DNA of 64,000 nucleotides, from contig JAYWIR010000013.1 in NCBI GenBank assembly GCA_036172245.1, forward strand, positions 310,001 to 374,000. Direction: 5' to 3'. Shown here piece by piece: positions 52,701 to 64,000 of this stretch; the first letter of the stretch is position 1; every line of letters starts with the position of its first letter. This DNA comes from Raillietiella orientalis. Its lineage: Eukaryota. The notes beneath the pieces are model-generated. The model ran no database searches, was not told where the DNA came from, and was given only the letters and a program-made list of their open reading frames with translations. The position numbers were made by a program, and so were the translations under genes.

Positions 52701-55700
52701 AAGATGAGTTAACATAGAAGAAAAAATTGATAACACAAACTCAATTACTCATTTTTCAGCTCTTGGAGCCTTTAGGCAATTATATAAATTTAATAGTTCA
52801 CAATTTTTACTGATGCATTAATCATGCTTTCGTGTACGTTAGAATCGTGAATAACTCAACTATAAAATAATATTAAAAATTGAATTTTTTACATAATTGC
52901 TCTTTTCATTCGGGAAAATGAGCAAGATATTTAAATGCGTCAAACTCTCGAGAGGCCTTAAAATATTAATGAAATTATTTGCGATAATTTCAATTGAGTA
53001 AAAATTATTTAAATGCAATTAATTCTTTACGAGTTGTATTGAAAAAGTCTTCTGAGCTCTTTATTTAAGAGTTGCTACAGTGAAAGAATAAATGATTCCA
53101 TTTTATCCGTTTTTTTTATCATAGTACATAAAAGCATTCAAGTTAACCCAAAAATCACAAAAAAGGGAATTTTTTTATATTTTCGGACTGCAAATGATGA
53201 GTTATATGAACATTTACAGATTACAAAGCATTTTTGACACTTTTGAATCTTTAGTTGAATGCTTAATTTTTAGTGTAAATAGAACATTTTGCTAACAATG
53301 GAAAATAAATTTCCATTACCTTAATCCAAGCATCCAAGATATCTTGCATTGATAATAGCTTTTCTTCCCACCTTTTAACCTCTTCTTCAACTGACTGTAT
53401 GTACGGTGATCCCCTCATAGTCTGCACTCTCAAAATTTGATCATCAAGAAGAATTTGAATATCATCAATAGCAGTCAAAATGTGAATTTCGGAATCCCTT
53501 TAGATGATAAAAATCAAGTGTAGAGCATACGAAAACCGAAGAGAAAAAATGGATACATTAAGTTGCAAAAATGATTCCAAGTTATCTAGTTCTTATTTTG
53601 CTATCAGTGCTGCTTTGACATAATGAACACTTTGAGCATAATGAACTTAATAAAACTCTGAGGCAAAGAACTCGTGAAGATTGAATTATTTATTGGCAAA
53701 TTTTGAGGACTTCAACATAACCTTTCTAGCAAACTTTAAAAAAATTAGATAACTGGTAAGATAGGTCTTCATTTGTAGGTCTTTCAGTTAATCTTGGTCA
53801 AACAACCAGTCTCATCTCCTTGATATTCATAAAACCGCAGGCTCCAAAAAATGAGGTTATTCATCATGTTTCAAAAATTATTACATCAATATTATTAACA
53901 TTAGAACTCGTTTATGATAATTTTACTATATGACAGAAATTATTAATCAAAGTACACAAACTCGGAGAATAAATATAAAATGTAAAATTTATACCAGAAC
54001 ATTCTATTTGAAATAAATTGCAATATATCCCTCTAAATAAAATGCGTTGGAAAATCGAAAAATTCAACTACTTAATCGTGTTCCCTAAGCAGAAACATTT
54101 AGCAACGGAAAAGGCTTAAAACCTTGTTGCAAAAGGTTATTAAAGTAAGATCTGTATATCTTCGAAAATATTTGGCAAGCATTTCCGTATGACTTTATTA
54201 ATCCTACTGAGTTTGATCAAATTATTTACCCATATGGAGAAAGGCCAAAAGAAATATCTTCCCATTCAGCTTTCATTTTTAAAAGTGCATTTTCTAGAGC
54301 GTACTCTTTGCTTGCTAAAATGCTAATTTCTTCTAATTTATCTGCGTATTTATGTAGATTATATGTCAGCATCTCAGAAAGATTTGAGTACTCAGATGGT
54401 AAAATGGATATTCCAACAATTTCACCTATCTTGAAGATAAAATCAAATCTCAGTATTATATCTACACAAAAATCCAAATTCATATACAAATTTATAGATA
54501 CATTCAGTGATTTTACTTCAGAAAGGTAAATAGGATAAGATTCACATATTGTAAACTGACTAGATATTATGAAAGAAATAAACATTACTCTCAATAACAT
54601 AACTTAATGCATTTAAAATTGCCAGCAAACATGCTGCTTTTACCTGATTCCAATGTCTTAGATGTAAACCTGGATTGCAAATAGTCATGATAGTTGGTAG
54701 ATATTGTTTAAATTTTTCCACTTTATTTTTGATATATTCTGCCACTCTTCTTGGTCCGGGCTGATCACTCAATAGTCTCTGCAGCTTATACATCGTTTTC
54801 CACATAGTATCAATATCTTCTTGGATTTCATTAGCATTTAAATTTTTGAATGGACCTTTAAAAATCATTGAAAATTTAGTTGGACTGAATCTTATAATCT
54901 TATAGAATCTTATAATCCTATTGAACAGTGAAAAATATAAACAAATACATTAACCACAACACACTCTTGAACAAAAACGTTCACATTTGCAAAAATTACG
55001 TGATTCACGTATATTCCATATTAGTGACTGATTATGCATTAAAACTTCAAATAATGAAAAATTAATATATCAAGAAAATGGCATCAATAAGATAATTAAA
55101 CTAGCATTAATTTCAAATAACCACTTGAACAATTAAGATGCAAATTTTACAATTATTACTTATACAATCATGAATGATCAAATTTTAAATAATCATAAGC
55201 ATATTAAAAAGTTAATAGTAAGGAATTGGGATTTTAAAATTGCTGCAAACTAATTACTATAAAGCCAATTCTCTTGTTTCGTGGTAAACTCTAATGCAGT
55301 ATGCCACAGTTTGTCATATGGTTCTTTGTATGAAATCATCTGTGATAGTTGGGGAAAAGATGACAGTTCAATTTCCATCAAAACCTCTTCGTCATTTATG
55401 TTCTGAAAATAGAAAAATTCTAATGCTATAATAGACTTTCTAAAAACTTCGATCTGCAATTTCCATTCTGTCTCTATTCGTTTAATTACTTCCCGTCATC
55501 AACAAATGAGTACAGCTTCCAAAACAAATTTGTAATTATGTGAGGTTTCATGTTTGAGCTGTGTTACAACTTTTTAAATTTGATTGGCATGCCAATGTCT
55601 CGAAAACTTTTAGGGCAACGAGGGAAACATAATTACAAGATAAGAACTAATGAACTTGAATCAGTATGTGAGATAACAATAACACAGAACAAAGATCAAA

Positions 55701-58700
55701 ATTCATTAGAGAAATTTAAGCTGATAGTAACAAACGTTTAACAACGAGTGTGAAGTTCGATTCAAAATGCTCATAATAAATGAACAATACATATGAAAAA
55801 AAACCTAATTAAATTTTAAAAAAAAACGGAATTTGAACATGCACTCTTGTGTGACTAAGGGTGAGCAAAGTTAATTAACATGCAGGGTCACTTGCCTAAA
55901 GAATGCGAAGATGCAAATTAGGGTACAATTAAATACGATAAAAAAGATTTTATAAGAATATTAGTGCAAATTAGCTCCCAGAAAGTAATATCTGATATGT
56001 GTTAATGAAAACGCCATTTGAGGAAATCTAGCAACAGTCAGATAGTTCTTTCTGATTGAACACAAAGAACCAACTCTTATGTAAAACCTGGAAATCATAA
56101 TGACTGCAGATAAATAACGAAACAAAACACGAAAATCCAGGAATACATTTATAACAAAGTAAACTGAATAGACAAAATACACATTGCATCAAAACTCTTA
56201 AGCCAAAATACAATAAACAATACAAATAAATAGATAATTAAATAATCGCAAAAACAGTGGATTCAATTCACAGAAGACAACTAGAATGCCAATAAGGTAA
56301 ATGAGTCTTAAGAGAATATAAGTCTTAAACATACTACTTGAAAATCCCTAATAAGAAGTAGAAAATCTGAAAAGAATACAGGAAGTAATTTAAAGTCAAC
56401 TTTAAGGGCCTCCAAATTCAAGACCTTAGACATTCAGCTTGAGTTGGTAAAACACTACAATCTGGAATATTCTACGATTATTCTGTAACATGAGCTGCAT
56501 GTAAAACAGGTAAAATCCACCAAAAACTTATAAGCTACATTCATGCATTTGACACTGTAGAATTCGAAAAGCAAAATATATGCTATTACTATAAAATTTG
56601 AAAACTACATTTGGGGGGACCAAAACAAAAATAAATGATTAAATGAACAAAATAAAGATGGGGAACACGGATCCACAAAGGTCAACGGAGTAACGAGTAC
56701 TTATTTCAAGGAAGTAAAAGGTGTGAAATGACTGCTAGGTTTCTGGTTTGTTCATGTGTAGCAAAACTGAGATCATAAGATTGACAATAATGTTTTGAAA
56801 TCAAAATGTGCCTAACAAACCCTTTTTCTCATCTGCAAGGAGTCAATATACAGTCTGCAAGATGAGATTTTCACAGATTTACTCTAAGAAAGCCACACAA
56901 GTAACATCCTATCAGAAATAAATAAAATGAAAATATTATGATGAAATACAATTTGCCAGTTTCAAATTAAGCAGGAAGACATAGCAAACAACCACCAAAG
57001 GTAAAAAGATCAAGTAAAGCTCTACCTGAAATGTAAACAGGTGCAATAAAACCAGGCAAATCAGTTTAATTGAAAAATTGGGACAAGCAATCTGTGAAAA
57101 CAAAAGACTTATTCACAGCCTTTTGTTTTCAAGTATGAGATGATCTAAATGGACTTCAAACCAACTATTGCCGGTGCTCATTTAACTGAAGCATTATTTT
57201 TAAATTTCTTTTAAATTTTCTATTTTGAAAGAGAATTTCAGCATCCACACCGTGTTTGATATTAGATAATATTATGATTCGTTTAAAGATAATCAGAAAC
57301 ATTTAAATAACCTTTAAGTCTTTAATTGCTAGCTGTAGATCACGATCCAATGTATCCAATACTTCTACTTTATTTTTCATATCCTCCATGGTAACGACAG
57401 GAAGTTCAAATTTTCGAAACTGCTCCAACTCTTTTTGGAACTTCTTAATCCTTTAAAAAGGGAAACTATCAATAACTATTTGCTGTTTAATAGTTTTGAT
57501 ACAAGTAGTTTCACATAAGTTGGCAACCACGAAATACTTACAGAATAATCTTTTTTTTGCATTTTTTACATTTGTATACATAGTAATATGTTTGTGAGTC
57601 ATGAAAGTCTGACAAAGAATAAAATGATAAAGAGAGAGAATAAAACGGTCAATTTCAACAGATAAAAAAAGCATTAGTTATAAAGGTACAGAGAATACCG
57701 TGAGCAATATAGCTTTCCTTATGTATACTAATTCTATGAAACATTGATGAGATCCAGCGAACTATTATTATTATTATTATCTAGCGAACAAAGTGTTTTT
57801 TTAAAAAAGTTGTAATAGAAAAAGCAGTTAGTTATACCTTCCTCTTAGTTCTTCAATTCTTTTTTTTAAATTATCCTCGGCTAAGTCTTTTTTATGCATT
57901 AGTCTGTTGTAACTAATATCAAATACAGTTTGGATATCCGAAGCCCAATGATAAACTTTTGAAGTAATCTCGATATCTTCATCTGAAATTTTAAAAAACA
58001 TTGCATTAAATAATCTGTAAGGATTAAAGAGATGCAGATGTAATTGTGTTTTCAGCATTAATTTAAAATGTGTCAAACTGACTATCAATATTTACTTAAG
58101 CATATTGATAATGGCTTAGAAGTTATACACATGGAACATTCGAGTTGTTACTGAACATATTCTCATGACATTTAAAATCTAAAAATGACAGCTATGTTAG
58201 ATGCATAGCAGAGTTTATGCTTAATCAGCTCATGAAAACCTGAGAATGCTACGTAATCCACTAAAAATGAAAGCTTTTCAAATGCAAGTGCAGTCTCTTC
58301 TCGAAGAAATGAAGCTGTTACACTCATAGACACTTTTTGATAATTGATTAATGTGATAAGTTCATAAACATCTTGAGGCTGCTCGGTTAATTTATTAGAC
58401 ATCTCTTCATATAGTTGACAAATTCTAAAAAAAAGGAGAGTGGATACAAATAATTCAAATGACTAGTGACAATCTATGAATCAAAAATACTGATTACACT
58501 AAGAACGATAACAATTATGAAAATCTGATGAGCAGTCAACTTCAACAGTTAACATCGTAGAATTCAATTTTTTTATCCATCACCCCCACTACTTTATGAT
58601 GTAACGATTTTTGATTCTACACATTCTGCTCACATGATGGTAGTTCTCAGAGTGTAACAATTGAAATTCTCAGTATTTAAAACATGGTTGCAATAAAGAA

Positions 58701-61700
58701 GGAAGTTTGTTTTCAAAATACACATTCTTAAACTGAGTTCTCTAGGGACTTTTCAAAACACTAATGCTGATAAATTTCTGTAACACCTCTTGTTCATACA
58801 AAACCCAAAGTGACTATAATGACTTTAAAAATATCCAATGTACTGCTTGATATCTTTCTAAATATTTCACATTTTCTAAATGCAGCAATTATAACATTGT
58901 CCGTTAGTTGTAATCATTACATGCACTTTCTTTAAGAAAACTCTTCCATATCAATAACTGTTAAAATAAATTACTTATCTGCAGCATTTTCTCTTAATTC
59001 ATGAATTCAAATTAGTGCATATAGTTGTAGCTTAAAAACTAAAAACTACAATCATCTTGAGAAGCAAAAAAACATCAATAATTATATATATCTAGGGCCA
59101 ACACTATCCATAATCACATATGTAATGAAGAAATGACATCCTATCCATCAATCAAAGCAAGCATCAAAAAATGAAATATTTTTGGAAATAGTTTTATCAG
59201 ATAATCTTCTAAGCCATAAAAACTCATAGCAAGGTTTGAAAAACTACTGAAAAAGTTATACACATAAAATTAAACTGTTAAAATGCCTTAGCTATAAAAA
59301 TTTAATTTCAAATAAACTGGCAATCAAAAAAGCTTTTGAAATAGTTTAAGCAAAAGTTGATTAATGATGCATCCACAATTTTTTATGATGTGGGTTACAA
59401 TGTCATATAAATCCAAAAACATGCATAGAATAATGTAAAATGCAACTTAATAGCAAAGTAACATTTAAATTCGGCCAAAAAAATGTAGAATCTTACTGCT
59501 TTTGCTTTTTTCTGTATTCATCAAGTTGGTAATTGATTATCCCACTTCTCAAGGCATCAGAAAGATCACATAACGATCCAATAATTGGGTTGCAGTCAAG
59601 AGTTAACAAACCAAATGGAACTATTCTTTTCTGCTTACTTATAAAATCTGAAGAATGTTTATAATCATCAACTTTTTTGGAGAAAACCTAAAATATTCAT
59701 CTAGTAAATGCAGACTGTACATACAATAGAACAGGAAGTGCACATCACAGATAAATATACAAACTTTGTATGAGAAGCACATATGATTGTATTTATGTTA
59801 TTCATTTCACAAACAAATTATTCTTGAATTCTTAATTTTCAGAAGCGTTGCTAAACCTACTAAAGCACCCAAAAAGCTTGAGTTTTATTTATATTTCTAT
59901 CTGACTTATTGATGACTGTTGTGACTAATTGCCTGTGTGAAATTTTGTGTAAAGAACTCATTTTGTGTAAAGTCCGTCTTTTAAATTATATGCACTCTGC
60001 CAAATGTACTTTTTAAATATATCCATGATTCTTTTACTTTTATTAGTTAAGATGGATAGGATGATGCAAAGGCCTTGTTTTCATTGATTCAGCCAATTAC
60101 TTTTAATAAGCTTATAAGTCCTAGATCTTCCCCAAATTGATAAACTCCCTTACACAAATCTACACTGTTCTGCATTGAAGAATTTTTTCACAGACGGTGG
60201 AAATCTTTCTTCAAATGTGTGAAGTACAAAACCTCATTTGTCGGATGTGTTCTAATGTCACTTTGAAATGCAAGAAAAATTTTGCAAACTGCACCTTTAT
60301 GCTCTTTCGAATATTTCCAGTCAAAGTACTTTCCATAAAAGTTCTCAAGATAACGGCATTATATACAAATATTTGGTAGCTATTTTTTAGTACTGTAGGT
60401 ATTTAAATAAGCAATCAAAAGTAATCCCCTGGTAGTGATATAGTGGCACTAACATTAGTTAAGCATGTGCATTTAGCATTCAGATCAACTGTCAGAATGT
60501 CAGCTTTTATGATACTTGAAATGCTAAAATTCAAGTCTGATAAACTGAAAAATAACACTTTAGTTCTGAACTCTTTTTTGAATATTACATGAATAGAGCA
60601 GTATTTCATCAGCTTTATAACATAAGTGCTTGTATGAATGGCATTTGTTTTCTTGATGAAAATATGACCACAAAGTGAAAAAAGCAATTATCGACCCTTT
60701 CTACAACAATAGAAATAATTGTAATGTTAGATCATTTTCGAATAAATAATTCCCTCATTCCCTCATTTTAGATCAACCATTATGTTTCATAAATTTGCCA
60801 CAAGAGATAATTTAAAAATTGAATAAAATAACTTTTATACATCCACAGATAAATATTTGTTCATTGGGCATTATTTGCCAACAATGAATTCCTGAATGAA
60901 AGGAAGCGTTGTGGTACATACATTGATTAACTTCAGTCATGATAAATTTGCCATGAGATAATGATCATGTTGCGTAACTCAGTAATATCACCATACATGA
61001 CTCAAACATAAAATGTTCAGAGATAAATAACACATCATAAGAAATTAATGTGATCGGTAGTTTATTTCACTTTCATCCCAAAGAACTCTGAGTAGAAAAC
61101 GATGAGTATGCTAAAGTGCCAGAAAATTAAGTTATTAAATATTCTATAGGATAAATTAATAACTAGTTGTTCATTAGTTCAGCCCTTTGTGGGTAATAAT
61201 ACAGACTGATATCTTTCAACTTAAATGCAAAGTTAGGAAAGAGTGCAAAGTTTTCTCTCACATATGATAGTCATATAAGAAACATATTACAAAAAACTGA
61301 GAAATGGTTTGTTTATTCCTCTTGGAAATGGTTTACAAAACATTTCTTGAAATGATGATAAAACACTTATTAAGAAAATTAAAGTTAATAAAACTCACAT
61401 TGCCTTTAAAAATGTCAATCCTTCTGAAGATATTTTAAAACTTAGGACACATTCATAGCCACATGTGTACATGTATGCATGTACATGTGTGTGGATGTGT
61501 ACATGTGTAGATATGTGCATGCACAAAAATCTGTACACAGATATGTACAGATAAGTGCATATCTATGCATGCATGCATGTGCGACAAATGCAAGGATTGT
61601 AACATTAAGTTGGTGTTAATACTCGACCGTACTTATTTCTGGTTCATCTTACAGCAAGTTGCACTTCCATTATTACCTTTAATGGAGGCTCCTTAGCCAA

Positions 61701-62898
61701 AAAATCTGTCATGTCTTCGTTTGCTGTTCCATCAAGCAAGTCATGAAATTTGTCAAAAGTGCTTAAATATTTTTGAGGCCCAACAAAATTCTTTGCAATT
61801 ATTTCATAGATCACTGATTTCGTATGCAAAAGTTTGTCATCATTGTCTTCAAGAGTTAATAACGTGAATTGCTGATCCTGCAATTCTGAAACATGAAACA
61901 TCCATATGGGTATCATAGATGACAGAAAACATTTCCCAAGCTGCCCACATTACAATTCATTTTAGCGAGAAAAAAAAGAATTTTGATGAGGAAAATATCT
62001 TTCAAATCTGGTAACATTCCTGATAAGAGTTCTGTTCTTTCATACATTCTTTCATAAATTCGTTCAAATAGTATATAGGTATACTCTTTGAATGCAAATT
62101 TCTGAGAGTACACATACAGAATTGTCTGTATTTCAAAAGCATTTTGGTCTTTCGGATAGCGTACGCTATCACTTTAGATTTTTATAGTTTGGAAAGAGTT
62201 CAGATTCATCTGGAAAACCCTATGCTATGAGACAAACATAATGATACATAATTTTCATTCATTTGAAAATGCACTTCTATATTCAGCATTCAATGGTACA
62301 AGAATGGTGAAGTTACATTATCCCACACATCCAGAACATCAGAAATGCATTTACCTTAATAATACACCCAATCTTGACAATTATTTATCGAAAAACAATT
62401 TTAATCAAAATTCACATTTAGCATTTTTAATTGTTGGATTGATCTTACCTGGGAAAATCAGATTTTCCAGTCTTGGTAAACCTTTGGAATACTCCACAAT
62501 TTGTTGCAGGCAATCCAATATTAATTCCTCAGTTTCCTCAATTGATGGATGAAATTTGATTTCTGTGTCTTTGTGAAGAACAACCTGGGTTAGTAAAACA
62601 GACTGTTTTAAGAACAGGAAATCGTTGTAAACAGAATAATCATTTCCATGCTGCAAGACAAGAAACCAAGGTTAACTGAATTCAAGCATGTAAAATTCCT
62701 ACCTGATGGTTCATAAAAAAATACAGGAAATCATCTAAGGAACAGTATACTAGTTTATGTAAACACAGTGACATGAAAGCAGCAATGGTAGAAAAATATC
62801 TTTCAATTACTACAGTAGACTTGTTAGATGCTGAAGGCAATAAATGTCTCCAATGTGCAGAATGCTCTTTAACAACTTTTTCACACATGGGAATCCAA
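16758..62898 (-). CDS. DNAH3: Axonemal inner-arm dynein heavy chain, DNAH3-like (5'-partial; 62 exons, 11,110 nt of CDS, ~3,700 codons). Exons (low-high coordinates): 16758-16940, 17009-17122, 17212-17422, 17477-17685, 17735-17923, 17998-18157, 18221-18378, 18435-18685, 18733-18940, 19105-19311, 20395-20561, 20734-20878, 24821-24982, 25412-25603, 25826-26062, 26123-26271, 26497-26655, 26705-26906, 27068-27207, 30501-30621, 32912-33119, 36113-36306, 36353-36544, 36621-36743, 36875-37037, 37085-37228, 37294-37454, 37503-37742, 37793-38029, 38120-38294, 38341-38567, 38612-38797, 39236-39419, 39536-39774, 39820-40037, 40405-40555, 40640-40762, 40861-41013, 42949-43109, 43160-43310, 43358-43588, 44491-44692, 46074-46202, 46248-46441, 48521-48689, 48741-48945, 48994-49108, 49273-49476, 50390-50591, 50839-50978, 52307-52429, 53320-53497, 54230-54429, 54644-54855, 55258-55402, 57312-57450, 57838-57982, 58240-58424, 59497-59687, 61677-61885, 62449-62650, 62703-62898
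   Basis: The spliced frame is continuous. Linker: [43 protein letters not shown]-loops: AAA1 [20 protein letters not shown]2 [11 protein letters not shown]3 [11 protein letters not shown]4 GLGGSGRQ. Stalk/[40 protein letters not shown]5: [25 protein letters not shown]6: [17 protein letters not shown]-terminus: [22 protein letters not shown]...[30 protein letters not shown] favours DNAH3 over DNAH7/12 from recall; the paralog assignment is less certain than the family. Confidence 0.93.
32912..36743 (-). other. Dynein stalk and microtubule-binding domain exons
   Basis: [10 protein letters not shown]...[43 protein letters not shown]...[16 protein letters not shown]...[37 protein letters not shown]. 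Confidence 0.93.
48521..48689 (-). other. Dynein AAA1 P-loop exon
   Basis: [56 protein letters not shown]. Confidence 0.95.
61461..61582. repeat. Degenerate alternating purine-pyrimidine microsatellite (CATG/TGTA/TGCA-like) in a dynein intron
   Basis: acatgtgtacatgtatgcatgtacatgtgtgtggatgtgtacatgtgtag...atgcatgcatgcatgtgc. Confidence 0.75.
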
Positions 62899-63398
62899 CT
62901 GAATTAAATAAACAAGCCAAGGAATCACTATGTTATTACTTCTTCAGGAACAAAATTGATTTTAAACCATGAAGCAATGGGATTATTTCTATCAAGTATT
63001 TGCATGGTTATTTGTTTACTCATTTTCAATAATGTTTTAAATATAGTAATTTTGAAGTGGACATATATGAATGAATTAAAATTTAAATGTTCATCTCTAA
63101 ATACATAGAACAATGAATGAGTATGAATGGAAAATGAGTTACAAAATGGATTTTTTCAGTGCCATATAATTTTGCCTGTCAAAAACATGCTTTACATGAA
63201 AGTTACATATGTTTTTGGCTATTGTTCATTAAAAGCAGTATGGGTCTCCAGAAATTTCAAGTAATTTTGTATACCTAGTTAGCAGATTGGAACAATGACC
63301 TTGAGAAAATTTACAAATCATTTTCCACATTGATAATTTTTTTGCAAGCATCAGTGAAAGATTTAATGTCATAAGGCAATACTCATTTCAACACTGCT

Positions 63399-63927
63399 TG
63401 CTTTTACCTACATTGCAATGGAAATTTCAAGTTGGACACAATGTCATTAGTTGTAGGTTACTTTAAAATGAGTTACCAAAGTTAATGATTACCAAGTTTC
63501 AAGTTTATGTGCTGACTGTATATTTACTTTCACAAAATTTTCCATTCATACCTTAAACAGCAAAGTCCCAATGACAATATTTTTCGACAAACAGGTGATT
63601 CACTAATACAATAAAAACTAGAACCACCAAAAGAGCTCGTGTTATAATGTCTCTATATTTACTTATGATGAGTTGTTTGTTAAAATATCTTTTGCCGTAA
63701 ACATCTTTCTCTGAATCTTCTTCCTATTGAATTTTGTTTTTCAATGAATTCTTGAATTTCTTAAAATGAAGTGCCTTTCCTATACATAACAACTAATCAA
63801 ATCACACAGCTAAGTTTAAACAAAAGTTTTCAACTAGGAAATGCTCTTAACATGGTGGAACAGAAATTCTCAATGTCATTGCTTTTACCTATATTGTAAT
63901 GGAAATTTCAAGTTGCATATAATGTCA
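63399..63927. repeat. Diverged ~48-bp direct repeat (copies ~63399-63446 and ~63880-63927)
   Basis: tgcttttacctacattgcaatggaaatttcaagttggacacaatgtca versus tgctttttacctatattgtaatggaaatttcaagttgcatataatgtca. Confidence 0.75.
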
Positions 63928-64000
63928 AAAACAGTAAGGTTTCTACTTCTGATAAATACCTGTTTAGAAGCATGGATTTGGTTTCTGCACAACTGAATTC

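Noticed and set aside
63660..63790. Possible next upstream dynein exon (AKDILTN-like peptide)
   Set aside because: I could not build a stop-free, phase-compatible exon. The true upstream exon is probably outside the window.
1..64000. Prokaryotic-type systems (CRISPR arrays, operons, defence islands) or an alternative genetic code
   Set aside because: The sequence is intron-rich eukaryotic DNA. No regularly spaced repeat-spacer arrays were seen. Both conserved genes translate fully with the standard code.

Overview
Eukaryotic (animal, probably invertebrate) genomic DNA with many short GT-AG introns. It holds three clear intron-containing genes. (1) The 3' part of a GC-rich, all-coiled-coil protein gene (+, to 4132). 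(2) A complete, AT-rich, CpG-poor TRAPPC10 gene (+, 8527-12482; 13 coding exons, introns 38-85 nt). (3) About 3,700 codons of an axonemal inner-arm dynein heavy chain, DNAH3-like (-, 62 exons traced from 62898 to the stop at 16758; 5' end outside the window). Points of interest: an apparently non-canonical GT..TG intron inside the dynein microtubule-binding domain; two GC-AG introns; a steep GC-rich/AT-rich compositional switch inside the dynein gene; a candidate hidden micro-exon gene with a weak LysM/LYSMD3-like resemblance between TRAPPC10 and the dynein; a ~150-nt G.U-rich hairpin; and signs of a spliced antisense transcript nested in dynein introns. I recognised no rRNA, tRNA, CRISPR array or transposase. 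No clearly novel multi-gene system is demonstrable from sequence alone. All gene models were built by eye.
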